A stretch of 33,793 bases of DNA, from positions 1-33,793 of the IMG/VR virus record IMGVR_UViG_3300036975_000123; one strand, 5' to 3'. The notes beneath the pieces are model-generated. The model was not told where the DNA came from, searched no databases, and saw nothing but the letters and a program-made list of their open reading frames with translations. This stretch comes from a virus (lineage: Duplodnaviria > Caudoviricetes). Shown one piece after another: positions 8,363 to 18,027 of the stretch. Within the stretch, counting starts at the first letter, position 1. Each line of letters starts with the position of its first letter. Both the position numbers and the translations under genes were made by a program.

Positions 8363-10702
8363 ATGCTTATTTCTGTAGGAAGTAATAGATTTGTAACCAG
8401 GCCGTCGAAACAAGAATTTAGCTGGAAACAATTAATTAATAAACTATCTGACCCAATAACTACTATAGAAAGTTTTGACGAATATCAAGAAGCAAAAAAA
8501 GATAAGAGATTAAGCATAAAAGATAAAGGTTGGTTTATAGGAGGTATATTAGATACCCAATCAACTAAAAGAAGAGGTAATAAAATAAAAATAAGAAGTT
8601 TAGTTACATTAGATATAGAAAAATGTAAGCTAGACATAAGCAAAAAGATAGATAAAGTAATGAGTATATATGGCTTCTGTGGGTGCCTACACAGCACCCA
8701 CAGCCATTCTAATAAAGACCCACATTTAAGGCTCATATTACCTTTTAGCGAAGGCTATGAACCCACTACTAATGATGAATATGAATATATAAGTAGAAAT
8801 TTAGCGAAAATGCTTGGAATAGAAAATGTAGACCGGACAACATTTCAAGCGACTAGGCTTATGTTCTGGCCGAGTAGAAGCCGGGATGGAGCTTGGTTAT
8901 TCAAAACCTGGGAAGGTATGTTTCTTCAAAAAGATATGTTTTTAAGAGATGGCTGGGAGGATATGGCTAAATGGCCCAGACACCCCTTAGAAAAAGACTT
9001 AAAAAGGATTGTAGGCAGAAAGCAGCAAGACCCTACTACAAAAACTGGTCCTATAGGAGCTTTTTGTAGAGCCTACCCCCTAGAAAGGCTATTTGAAGAA
9101 ATATTAGTAGTTTCTGAAGATATGTCTTCAGATATGAATTTAGAAATAGGAGATCACTTATATGAAGAGGGCAGCATTGAAGGCCGCTATACTTACATGC
9201 CTGGCTCAACTGGAAATGGAGCTATAGTATATGATACACATTTTTTATACAGCTGGCATGGGACAGACCCCGCAAGTGAGAGGCTGTCAAATGCATTCGA
9301 TTTAGTTAGGTTGCACCTATGCGAAGGCAATGAAAATAAAGCCCTCAAATTTATAGCTAAACTGCCTGATGTAAGGGCAGAGCTATCTAAAGAAGATTTT
9401 AAACAAGAAGCCGACTGGCATAAGGATATTGAAAGAGATAAGAACGGTAATATATATAAAACTTATAAAAATATAGAGCTTATTTTATCAAAAGAATTTA
9501 GCCCCAGGCTAAATGAGTTTGATAAAAAAATATATATTGATAATAATAACAAATGGTTTAAGTCAGGAAAAGATGGAGTATTACAAAATATTGATGTGGT
9601 TATGATGCATAGAACTTTACAAACATCTTATAATATTTATACTACTAAACTCTTAGTAGAAGATTCATTAGCTATTGTAGCTAATTTTAACACATATCAT
9701 CCCATTAAAAGCTACCTCGAAGGCTTAAAATGGGATGGTGTTAATAGAATTGATTCACTACTAGTAAATAGTTTTGGAACTCCCAATGACAATTATCATC
9801 GGGATATAATACGTAAATTTTTACAAGCTAGCATACAAAGAATATTTGATGCTCCTGTAAAGTTTGACCATGTATTAACCCCAGTTGGTAAGACTGGCTA
9901 TGGTAAAAGTTCTTTTTTCAAGCTATTATTTGGAAAAAAATACTTTACTGATAGTCTATCATTAAACGAGATGAAAGACAAGACTGGGGCTGAAAAACTG
10001 CCCGGAAAATGGTGCCTGGAATTAGCCGAAGTAGCCGGTATGTACCATGCAGATAATGAAACAGTTAAGTCTTTTATTACCAGAGAAACTGATTATTATA
10101 GGCCTGCATATGGCCGAATACTAGAAGATATGGACAGGACTTGTGTCCTGGTAGCTACTACAAATGAGCAAGAAACGGGATTTCTAAAGGACTTAACGGG
10201 TAATAGGCGTTGGCTGCCATTTATAGTTAAAAAGAAATTAGACCATAAATGGCTTATAAGTATAGTAGACCAAATTTGGGCAGAAGCTATGAATAGCTAT
10301 AAAAATGGTAGTGAAGAACTATTTTTAACTGACTATGAATCTATTACAGAAGCTATAAGAATACAAAACTCATTAATTGCTGTAGATGATACAGTAGACT
10401 ATGTAAAAAATTATTTGGACATGCCTGTTCCGGACAACTGGAATAAGTATGACCTTCACGCAAGAATTAGTTATATAAGAGAATATATGCAGGGAAATAA
10501 AAAAACAGAGGGGTATAAAGTTAGAAAGTACTTTAGTATAGCTGAGATATGGTGTGAACTATTTAAAAAAGAAATAGAGGATAAAAAACAGCAAGATTCT
10601 AGAAGAATACGAGCAATGCTTATTAGTTTAAATTATGAACAAGTTGAAAACATAAAAATTGATACTTTGTGGGGCCGGCAAAGAGCATATAAAAAAATAT
10701 GA
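8363..10702 (+). CDS. VapE/VirE-family primase-helicase
   Basis: N-terminal primase-like motifs (KDKGWFIGG, TLDIE, HSTHSH..PHLRLILP, RLMFWPS); Walker A GKTGYGKSS; LELAEV; FITR..D.YRPAYGR; TTN..FLKDLTGNRRW. Start 8363 lies behind GGAGGG (ORF track starts at 8348). Confidence 0.9.
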   Translation: MLISVGSNRFVTRPSKQEFSWKQLINKLSDPITTIESFDEYQEAKKDKRLSIKDKGWFIGGILDTQSTKRRGNKIKIRSLVTLDIEKCKLDISKKIDKVMSIYGFCGCLHSTHSHSNKDPHLRLILPFSEGYEPTTNDEYEYISRNLAKMLGIENVDRTTFQATRLMFWPSRSRDGAWLFKTWEGMFLQKDMFLRDGWEDMAKWPRHPLEKDLKRIVGRKQQDPTTKTGPIGAFCRAYPLERLFEEILVVSEDMSSDMNLEIGDHLYEEGSIEGRYTYMPGSTGNGAIVYDTHFLYSWHGTDPASERLSNAFDLVRLHLCEGNENKALKFIAKLPDVRAELSKEDFKQEADWHKDIERDKNGNIYKTYKNIELILSKEFSPRLNEFDKKIYIDNNNKWFKSGKDGVLQNIDVVMMHRTLQTSYNIYTTKLLVEDSLAIVANFNTYHPIKSYLEGLKWDGVNRIDSLLVNSFGTPNDNYHRDIIRKFLQASIQRIFDAPVKFDHVLTPVGKTGYGKSSFFKLLFGKKYFTDSLSLNEMKDKTGAEKLPGKWCLELAEVAGMYHADNETVKSFITRETDYYRPAYGRILEDMDRTCVLVATTNEQETGFLKDLTGNRRWLPFIVKKKLDHKWLISIVDQIWAEAMNSYKNGSEELFLTDYESITEAIRIQNSLIAVDDTVDYVKNYLDMPVPDNWNKYDLHARISYIREYMQGNKKTEGYKVRKYFSIAEIWCELFKKEIEDKKQQDSRRIRAMLISLNYEQVENIKIDTLWGRQRAYKKI

Positions 10703-10727
10703 AGCCAATTGGCTTCATATTTTTTTT
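10691..10727. terminator. Bidirectional terminator (perfect palindrome)
   Basis: AAAAAAATATGAAGCCAA|TTGGCTTCATATTTTTTT. Confidence 0.8.
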
Positions 10728-10815
10728 AGTGAACAACCTACATTATAAAAGTAATAAAAAAAACATCATAAGCATATACAAAATAAATACACAACATACT
10801 TTTTTTATTTATTCT

Positions 10816-10844
10816 ATTTTAGCATAAAAAGAAAGAGCTTTCAA
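10816..10844 (-). promoter_or_regulatory. Leftward sigmaA promoter with no downstream ORF
   Basis: Minus strand TTGAAA-17 nt-TAAAAT with TG extension. Confidence 0.6.
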
Positions 10845-10906
10845 TAAAAAAAGCCCATCAGTATTAAAAATCGTTTTCTATATGAAATTTTTATTCAAGC
10901 ACCTAA

Positions 10907-10935
10907 ATTATAGCATAGTTTTTTAGACTATGCAA
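10907..10935 (-). promoter_or_regulatory. Leftward sigmaA promoter with no downstream ORF
   Basis: Minus strand TTGCAT-17 nt-TATAAT with TG extension. Confidence 0.65.
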
Positions 10936-10936
10936 A

Positions 10937-10996
10937 TAAATAACCGGGCTTTTAGATAAATAGTGCACTATACTTATCTAAATACCCGGTTATTTA
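10937..10996. repeat. Long imperfect inverted repeat (hairpin)
   Basis: TAAATAACCGGG..TTTAGATAA..TAGTGCACTA..TTATCTAAA..CCCGGTTATTTA. Confidence 0.8.
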
Positions 10997-11316
10997 CAAT
11001 AGGAAGTTAAATTATTATCTTCCACCCCAAAAAATTTAACAGTTATTATAATTGAAACTACTATTAGTATAACATATAAAATTAAAAAAGTCTTTCATAA
11101 AAAAAAGACTTTTTTAACTATCTAGTTATTTTTGCTATTATAAGATAAGATAAGGGTAGTTCTTTACATTATATATTATTTTTTACATAAAAAAAAGCCC
11201 CGTTTTTTGGGGCAATTGTTTAAGGGAACTGGCTTACTTTTATATAAAAGCAAAGCAGTTTTGAACTAATGTTTCTAGGTTTATTATACAATGCGATTAT
11301 AACATATTTCCCAAAT

Positions 11317-12216
11317 TTATTGTATAGGAATTCCAAAAATATTACTGCTATCTCCGGTTATATATTGGGGAAGTTTTTTATCCCACTTTTCTATAGCTAA
11401 TTTTTGATTTTCTAGTTTTTTAAGTTCTAAATCATATTCTAGAGTTTTTGGATTTTTTTCTAAAGCTAACCGTTCTGCCTCAGCTTTAAGAGCTAAGCGT
11501 TTGTTTTGAGTTTCCTGTGCAACCAGTTTATTAGCCTCTTTAAACTTTTCATTAATAGATTCCTGGATACCTTTGTCAAGATATGTGAACTCACCTTTAT
11601 AGCCGAGGACAGAAATTGTTATACCTCTTTCTTTAAAATATTTATCCGCATAATCTTTAACATTTTTGAGTATCGCAGACTTATCCAGAATTATTTCTTC
11701 TATAGTTTTTTTTGAGCATTCTTCCGTAAATTTTCCTTCTATTACTGCCCTTACTTCATTATCCATAGTTTCAGCAAGAGGTATGTTAGACGGGTACCTA
11801 TACAAATAGGTTACGGCATTGGCTTCCTCTATCATAGTTGTACAATTAAACCTCGCCATAAAAGCAATTGATTCTTTGCTTTCAGCTGTGATTCCTTGAT
11901 TTTTCTTGGTTGATCCATCACCTGATCCTTCTGTCCACTCTCTAGTTATAGGAACTCTGTTAACTAAAATTACAATAGCGTCCGGCTGGTTACCAAGTTC
12001 AAAGCCAAGCCAATTATAAGTTATTATAGCCCTCTTTGCTGCTACTTTCTTTTGTGTTAAGTACTCCTCACTATCAAAAGCAGCCTGTCCCTTTGTGTCT
12101 TCGTAAGGAATTAGAAAAGCTGTTTCGTTCGGCTTAATATTAACTACATCTTTTCCGCATCCAGTTAAAGCTACTACCGCTAGAATAAGAATCATAAATA
12201 TTAGTATTTTTTTCAT
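11317..12216 (-). CDS. SPFH/Band-7 (prohibitin-like) domain lipoprotein
   Basis: Signal peptide with lipobox LTGC; YFKERGITISVLG; IQESIN; AIEKWDKKLPQY tail typical of phage SPFH proteins. Confidence 0.8.
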   Translation of the reverse strand: MKKILIFMILILAVVALTGCGKDVVNIKPNETAFLIPYEDTKGQAAFDSEEYLTQKKVAAKRAIITYNWLGFELGNQPDAIVILVNRVPITREWTEGSGDGSTKKNQGITAESKESIAFMARFNCTTMIEEANAVTYLYRYPSNIPLAETMDNEVRAVIEGKFTEECSKKTIEEIILDKSAILKNVKDYADKYFKERGITISVLGYKGEFTYLDKGIQESINEKFKEANKLVAQETQNKRLALKAEAERLALEKNPKTLEYDLELKKLENQKLAIEKWDKKLPQYITGDSSNIFGIPIQ

Positions 12217-12455
12217 AATTTATTTCCTTTCTCTTTAATATATAAGATTATTTTAATTACTGTTAATACTATCAAAATTATGGGAAATAAATCAACTAAA
12301 AAAGAAAAAATTCTTATTTTAGCAGTAATATCTTTTCCTTCTTCTAATTGAGCTGCTAGTAAATTACTAATAATATCATTATAGAAAAATAGTCTAAATA
12401 AAATATAAAATACCCAGCAGCAACCTAACTTAAAAAAATCTAATCTTTTATCCAT
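12213..12455 (-). CDS. Small two-TM membrane protein
   Basis: Two hydrophobic helices; translationally coupled to the SPFH gene. Confidence 0.65.
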   Translation of the reverse strand: MDKRLDFFKLGCCWVFYILFRLFFYNDIISNLLAAQLEEGKDITAKIRIFSFLVDLFPIILIVLTVIKIILYIKEKGNKL

Positions 12456-12457
12456 AT

Positions 12458-12688
12458 CTATTCTCCTACTATAAACATTATAAATTTTCCATTTTTATCA
12501 AAGACTGCTTGACTAAAAGAACCAAAATAGCCCTCAACTTTTTCATAACCTGCTGTTATATAAATACTTTTACTACCTTCTAGATCGTTAATGGTAATAC
12601 CGGGAAAGTCAAAATCCTCTCTCTTCAATTCATTAAACTCAACACCCCAGCTTTTTAATAATTCTTTATATTTATTATAATCTGTCAT
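12458..12688 (-). CDS. Hypothetical protein
   Basis: ORF with AAGGGGG RBS in the leftward operon. Confidence 0.65.
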   Translation of the reverse strand: MTDYNKYKELLKSWGVEFNELKREDFDFPGITINDLEGSKSIYITAGYEKVEGYFGSFSQAVFDKNGKFIMFIVGE

Positions 12689-12810
12689 ATAGCTAGCCCC
12701 CTTTTATATAATTCTATCATACATAAAATAAATATGTATATCAGCCCTGATAAAAAAAGTATACTAAATATAATTATAAATACTTTTATTATATAAGTAA
12801 AAACTTTCAT
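12685..12810 (-). CDS. Small single-TM protein (41 aa)
   Basis: AGGAGA RBS before ATG 12810 (ORF track starts at 12915). Confidence 0.55.
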   Translation of the reverse strand: MKVFTYIIKVFIIIFSILFLSGLIYIFILCMIELYKRGLAI

Positions 12811-12843
12811 AATAATTTCTCCTAAATTTATAGATTTCTTTCT

Positions 12844-12872
12844 ATTATAAGCTATAACTGATTTTTGCACAA
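12844..12872 (-). promoter_or_regulatory. Candidate promoter of the SPFH operon
   Basis: Minus strand TTGTGC-17 nt-TATAAT. Confidence 0.45.
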
Positions 12873-13066
12873 GCGTGTTGTGGATGTGATTCCTAAAATT
12901 GGCATAATAGTGCAATGCTCACGTTAGCTATAACAATTTTTACATTAAATAAAAAATATGTAAACTAAAAATTAATTTGTATCAAAATAAGTTAACAAAT
13001 GTATGCCCCTATTTTACTGAGTGTCCATTTAAGTTACTTTTATTGTAAAAATAATATTAAAATCGT

Positions 13067-13662
13067 TGGAACGGTTGTTTTAACCGTTCCATTTTTATAT
13101 GCCTAATTTTACTGAGTTATATGAAAAGCATGGAACGGTTAAAATTCTAAAAATGCTCTGTCTAAAAAAACTTTTTAGATAATTATTACATATTTGGAAA
13201 TTAAGATATTATAATGTTTAATTAATTTGGAATATCATGTTGAATTTTACCAATATAGTCATTCTGACTACGACTATAATTACCCACTATTATCCATATG
13301 ATAAAAAATATGTAGATAGTCATCGAAAACCTTAGCATACCGTTCCAACTGTTCCACTAACTGTTACACAGTTTTTGCCAAACTTGGAAATTTCTCCATT
13401 GCCCCGAACCTTAGAACATACCTTGTATATATATACTTACTTATATATAATAATAATAAATATATATACATATGGAACAGTTGGAACGGTTAAAATGATT
13501 TTGATATAAATAGAGTTGAAAACATAAGTCTCGTTAATGAGCATGAAAAAAAAAAGTGCTTTTTTTACAAGTTCAAAATAACCGTTCCAACCGTTCCAAA
13601 CCGGACAACCTGCATGGTTAAGCGAAAAAATGTGGAACAGTTTGGAACGGTTTGGAACAGTA
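13067..13662. repeat. Iteron-like TGGAACRGTT repeats, putative replication origin
   Basis: About 12 copies in both orientations (13067, 13082, 13131, 13339, 13347, 13473, 13482, 13580, 13589, 13633, 13643, 13653) around an AT-rich core at ~13426-13472. Confidence 0.75.
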
Positions 13663-13774
13663 TGCTAAACTTTTCGACATGTCGAATCACCTAGGCTTGT
13701 CATATAGCAGCTTCGCGAAAAATGTCGTAGACTATTACTGGACACAATATATTTCCAGGGATATTGAGGGAGAA

Positions 13775-14080
13775 ATGGATATATCAGAGAAAAGTATTGA
13801 GAAGTACCTAGTTAAGCGGTCTAGGGAGCTGAAATGGTTATGCTATAAATTTAGTTCTCCTGCTAATGCGGGAGTGTGTGATAGAATATTAATAACTACA
13901 TCAGGGGATGATTATTTTATTGAGCTGAAGACAAAAAGAGGTAAATTATCTGTTCTTCAGGAAAAATTTATTAAAGATATGGAGGAGCATGGTAGGAGTG
14001 TTTTTGTCTTCAGCTCAAAAGAAGAGATAGATGATTTTATAAGAGTTGTAATGATAAAGGAGGGTTTTAATGAGGGTTAA
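13775..14080 (+). CDS. VRR-NUC domain nuclease
   Basis: EKSIEKYL...CYKFSSPANAGVCDRI...FIELKTKRGKLSVLQ; GAGGGAG RBS favours ATG 13775. Confidence 0.9.
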   Translation: MDISEKSIEKYLVKRSRELKWLCYKFSSPANAGVCDRILITTSGDDYFIELKTKRGKLSVLQEKFIKDMEEHGRSVFVFSSKEEIDDFIRVVMIKEGFNEG

Positions 14081-14270
14081 AAAGAAAAGAATTACCTGTA
14101 CATATAATGTAGCTTTGCCTAATAATACTGTTAAAAGTAATTTAACTTTTAGTAAAATTATGTTGGATAAGGCTGATAGGCTCGATGATATAAAAAAAGA
14201 AATTGCTTTTTCCTGGGGTGTTGGTACCTGGAATATAAATATTACAGATATGGAGGAGGAAGATGTTTAA
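14070..14270 (+). CDS. Hypothetical protein
   Basis: AAGGAGG RBS; coupled to both neighbours. Confidence 0.6.
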   Translation: MRVKKKRITCTYNVALPNNTVKSNLTFSKIMLDKADRLDDIKKEIAFSWGVGTWNINITDMEEEDV

Positions 14271-15567
14271 ATACCAGAAAAGAGCTGTACTTAAATTAGT
14301 TTCTAATTGGTTTTATGGATTGTTTTTTGATATGGGTTTAGGTAAGACTTTGATTGTGCTAGAAGCAATTTCTAAACTAAAAAAGATGAGGTGTATAGAT
14401 AAAGTACTTATTATAGCGCCTCCTATGGTTGTTAAGTATGTTTGGGAGCAGGAGGCGGAAAAATTTGGATATGATTTTAAGTTTATTAAGCTTAATGTTT
14501 CAGCTCCAAAAAGGCTGAAATTATTGGAGCAGAAGGCTGATATATATTTGCTTCCTACTTCACTGGTTTCATGGTTTGTGGCTGTTAAAATGGAGGCTAA
14601 ATTTAAATATGCAGTTATCGATGAGTTATCAATGTTTCGTAACTCATCGACTGCCAGGTTTAAGGCTATGAAAAAAATTAGGTGTCATTTAGATTTGCTG
14701 TGGGGGCTAACAGGTACGCCTACCCCTAACGGATTACATAATATTTGGCCTTTAATTTATTTACTTGACCAGGGAAACCGACTTGGCCGATTTAAAAAAG
14801 ATTTTCAAGCTGACTATTTAGAGCCAGATATTATTATGCGACAACAAGTAGTTAAATGGAAACTTAGAAAAGGTGCAGCAGATAGAATATATAGTAAGAT
14901 AGATGATATATGCTGTTCTATGGAAGCATCGGATTATCAGGAACTACCAGATTTTCAGACTATTGTTTATAGTTGTGAATTTGATGATAAAACTAAAAAG
15001 AAGTATAAACAATTTATTAAGGATAATGTAATTTTTTATCCAGATGGAGACCTGGTTGCTCAAAATCCAGGAGTTCTTGTAAATAAACTACAACAGTTTT
15101 CAAATGGGGTGACTTATTTGGATACTGGTAATATTAAGTACCAGCATTCTATAAAGATTGAAACTCTTTTAGAGCTTTTAAATTATATAGGTGAGAAAAA
15201 TGTATTAATTTTTTATACTTTTAAAACTGATTTAGAATTTATATTAAAAAGTGTTCCTGGATCGGAAATACTAGATGTAGATAAGTGGAATGAAGGTAAG
15301 CAAGGGATAGCTCTTTTACATCCTGCTTCTGGCGGGCATGGTCTTAACTTACAATATGGAGGGAATATATGTATATGGTTTTCGCCTACATGGAATTTAG
15401 AGTATTATATGCAGGCTACTAAAAGACTTCATAGAAAAGGGCAGCAGCAAAAAGTATTTAATTATATAATAACTATGAGAGATAGTATAGATGTAAAAAT
15501 AATAAAAGCTCTGGATAAGAAAAAGTTAGATCAAGAAGAGCTTATTCAGATGTTAAAGGAGGTGTAG
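14263..15567 (+). CDS. SNF2-like DEAD-family phage helicase
   Basis: DMGLGKT, IDELS, LTGTP.PN, HPASGGHGLNLQ, RLHRKGQ. Confidence 0.92.
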   Translation: MFKYQKRAVLKLVSNWFYGLFFDMGLGKTLIVLEAISKLKKMRCIDKVLIIAPPMVVKYVWEQEAEKFGYDFKFIKLNVSAPKRLKLLEQKADIYLLPTSLVSWFVAVKMEAKFKYAVIDELSMFRNSSTARFKAMKKIRCHLDLLWGLTGTPTPNGLHNIWPLIYLLDQGNRLGRFKKDFQADYLEPDIIMRQQVVKWKLRKGAADRIYSKIDDICCSMEASDYQELPDFQTIVYSCEFDDKTKKKYKQFIKDNVIFYPDGDLVAQNPGVLVNKLQQFSNGVTYLDTGNIKYQHSIKIETLLELLNYIGEKNVLIFYTFKTDLEFILKSVPGSEILDVDKWNEGKQGIALLHPASGGHGLNLQYGGNICIWFSPTWNLEYYMQATKRLHRKGQQQKVFNYIITMRDSIDVKIIKALDKKKLDQEELIQMLKEV

Positions 15568-15591
15568 AAATGGGCGGGTAATTAGAATAAA

Positions 15592-15616
15592 ATAGACCAG
15601 GTTTAACCTGGTCTAT
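15592..15616. terminator. Hairpin between convergent genes
   Basis: ATAGACCAGG-TTTAA-CCTGGTCTAT. Confidence 0.65.
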
Positions 15617-16164
15617 ATTTCATATTTTACATGCATTTTGCAATTTCTACAAGCAGGATTGTTAAATGTCATGCAGCAGTCGCAGAGGTTTATTCTCTGG
15701 GTCTCGCTGAAAGTTTTTCTAAAATGTTCAATAAATATTTTTGTCATCGGGTCTTTAGGGCCATATTCTTTTAGGCTTATTTCGACTTTTTGGTAGTTAT
15801 TTAGGGTATAGTCAGTGTTGAAATATTTTTCTTCTTTATGGCATTCACATGAGCAGTCTAAAAGCCTGCATTTCATTTTATCTTCGCATGAGCATTCTAT
15901 TTTTGCATTTTTTCTAAGTTTAAAGCATAAGCTTTTAAACATTTTGTATTCTTTGTTTAAAATTGATAAATGTTTTTTATAGACTTGTAATGTATTATCT
16001 GCCCGGGCTATAATATTGATATTTTTAGTTTTTAAAATTTTTATAAATTTTAAAAACACTATTGTCTGCATTTTTTTAGGGTACATGTCAAGTTCAATTT
16101 CAAAGTTAATATAATTTGTTCTTGAATCACTAAAATTATCCTGTGGTAATCTTATTTTATTCAT
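15613..16164 (-). CDS. Cys-rich hypothetical protein, possibly Zn-binding
   Basis: CSCE..CRLLDCSCECH and CDCC...CRNC clusters; GGAGG RBS. Confidence 0.65.
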   Translation of the reverse strand: MNKIRLPQDNFSDSRTNYINFEIELDMYPKKMQTIVFLKFIKILKTKNINIIARADNTLQVYKKHLSILNKEYKMFKSLCFKLRKNAKIECSCEDKMKCRLLDCSCECHKEEKYFNTDYTLNNYQKVEISLKEYGPKDPMTKIFIEHFRKTFSETQRINLCDCCMTFNNPACRNCKMHVKYEI

Positions 16165-16340
16165 TTAAAGTCCTCCAATTTTCTTTTTATTTCGATTATT
16201 GTCATGAGGTAAAATAAGGCCATCATGCACATATAAGCGAATATGTTCGATTTATTAGGTATAGCATTAGTTATTAGGCCTGCTATACAACTTAATAAGT
16301 ACAATCCTAAAAGTTTGAAATAGTTATCTAATATATTCAT
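16161..16340 (-). CDS. Small two-TM protein (59 aa, not in ORF track)
   Basis: MNILDNYFKLLGLYLLSCIAGLI...KLEDFK*; ATGA overlaps at both ends; AAGGAGG RBS. Confidence 0.65.
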   Translation of the reverse strand: MNILDNYFKLLGLYLLSCIAGLITNAIPNKSNIFAYMCMMALFYLMTIIEIKRKLEDFK

Positions 16341-17188
16341 ATTTTATAGGTAGTATCCTCCTTTTCTTTATTTATTACACAAGATTTGACTTTAACAAGC
16401 CTAAATCCTGTTTTTTCATTTCCTACTCTTCTTAGATGGCTTTTTCTTATATGTTTACATTTAGGGCTGGAAGCTCTAGTTATTCCAGTCGGTTCACTAT
16501 CTATGTATCTGATAGGGTTAAAGTATGTATGTTTTTTAAGATGTTCTTTTTTGATTTGTTTTTTAGATTTTTTGTATTTTCGCGTACTTACTTTTTTTTC
16601 AGTTTGCATATAATATCCTAATTTATTTAGTAGTTCTACCATGAATATCATTTTTTCGGCATAAGTGTTAAATATAGTGAGTTTAGTATTTTTTCCGTAT
16701 TTAGCTTGTAAAATTTGCATCATTTTTTCGTCTGGTGTAACTTTTATGCAGTTGTGCATTACTCTTTTTGTTTTCATGCAAAAACGCATAGAGTTTACTG
16801 TTTTAAGTATATTTGCGTGTTTGCAATTACCTATGTGCGTGCATCCTATATAAATGCGAGGGTATTTAGTTTTATCAATTATTATAGAATCTATATTGAA
16901 ATCTTCAAAGGTTTTTGTAAATATAGATATGCAATATCCTTCTTTATCTTCTGTTTCTGAGCATACTACAACTAAGTCTCTTATTTGAATAATATGATTT
17001 TGTGGAAATATTGGTGTCTTAGGTAATTCCATGTTTCGTATTTTATCGATATTAACTATTTCAATTTTAATGCAGCTTTTTAGCTCGTTGTATGCTTTAG
17101 TATAAAACTCTTTGTCTTTTTCTGTTTGTTGTAAAATAATATTTTTATATGTAAAGTCTAGCACATCTAGAATGGTTAATTTTCCCAT
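16337..17188 (-). CDS. Hypothetical protein with C-terminal HxRxxHxR motif
   Basis: SPKCKHIRKSHLRR...VKVKSCVIN; AAGGAGG RBS. Confidence 0.7.
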   Translation of the reverse strand: MGKLTILDVLDFTYKNIILQQTEKDKEFYTKAYNELKSCIKIEIVNIDKIRNMELPKTPIFPQNHIIQIRDLVVVCSETEDKEGYCISIFTKTFEDFNIDSIIIDKTKYPRIYIGCTHIGNCKHANILKTVNSMRFCMKTKRVMHNCIKVTPDEKMMQILQAKYGKNTKLTIFNTYAEKMIFMVELLNKLGYYMQTEKKVSTRKYKKSKKQIKKEHLKKHTYFNPIRYIDSEPTGITRASSPKCKHIRKSHLRRVGNEKTGFRLVKVKSCVINKEKEDTTYKI

Positions 17189-17251
17189 TTTAATCCTCCT
17201 TTTTTTTAATAATACCAGACTGCTATTTTACTAGCAGCCCAGTAGGTGTTA
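17189..17251 (-). repeat. Intergenic element R1
   Basis: Minus strand: TAACACCT-ACTGGGCTGCTA/TAGCAGTCTGGT-ATTAT...AAAGGAGGATT. Confidence 0.75.
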
Positions 17252-17947
17252 TTATAGGTCTTTAATTTTTTCAATATCTTCTTTATCTAAATATTCTTTG
17301 TTGTCTTCTATCCAGGTGTCAATATTAGATATTTCTTCTATGTGGGTATGTGTGCCCTGATATTGGTCCCATTCTTTTAGAAGGTATGTATTTTTCCATT
17401 TTCCTATTCTTGCATGGTTAAATCTACTTTGCCATTTCCAGTTATTCCCGTCCCAGGTTTCAATATTTACCCAGGTAATATCATTATCATTAAAGTTAAT
17501 ATTGTCTTCATCAATATCATTTAGCTCTAAGGTTTTGTGATTGTGTCCATCCCAGTAGGTATAAATATAATCTGAATCATAAGTAGATAGACAACAATAT
17601 TCAAGGCCATTATTGTCGTACAGAATGTACGTTTCTTCATTGTCATTTATTTCTTCATAGTAGTCTACATAAGTACATTCATTGTCAAGACCTAATAAGT
17701 CGAATATTTTATTAATTATGTCAATGCTGCTTGTATTGGTTTGGTATTCATTATCAATAATTAGTAGGTATATTTCATTTATTATGTTTACTTCTATTTC
17801 TGATAGTTCATCTTTAAGTTTAAAAGTATCATTGCAGTCACCAAAATATACGGCTTTTTTAATGTCTTCTTTTTTTAATAGTATGCAATTTGCTTCTTCT
17901 GGTAGTTGTTCTGAGGTTACTACTATATTAGTTTTTAAATTTTCCAT
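17252..17947 (-). CDS. Strongly acidic hypothetical protein
   Basis: 231 aa, D/E/N/Y-rich; bounded by R1 and R2. Confidence 0.75.
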   Translation of the reverse strand: MENLKTNIVVTSEQLPEEANCILLKKEDIKKAVYFGDCNDTFKLKDELSEIEVNIINEIYLLIIDNEYQTNTSSIDIINKIFDLLGLDNECTYVDYYEEINDNEETYILYDNNGLEYCCLSTYDSDYIYTYWDGHNHKTLELNDIDEDNINFNDNDITWVNIETWDGNNWKWQSRFNHARIGKWKNTYLLKEWDQYQGTHTHIEEISNIDTWIEDNKEYLDKEDIEKIKDL

Positions 17948-18027
17948 AAATCCTCCTATTTAGTTTAAAGCCATTTCGGGCTATTGAATAGAGGAAAGAA
18001 GGGCTGTTATACCCATTCTTCCTGGTG
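17948..18027 (-). repeat. Intergenic element R2 (long type)
   Basis: Minus strand: (TAA)CACC-AGGAAGAATGGG-TATAACAG-CCCTTCTTTCCT-CTAT..AGCC-CGAAAT-GGCT-TTAAAC..AATAGGAGGA. Confidence 0.85.
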
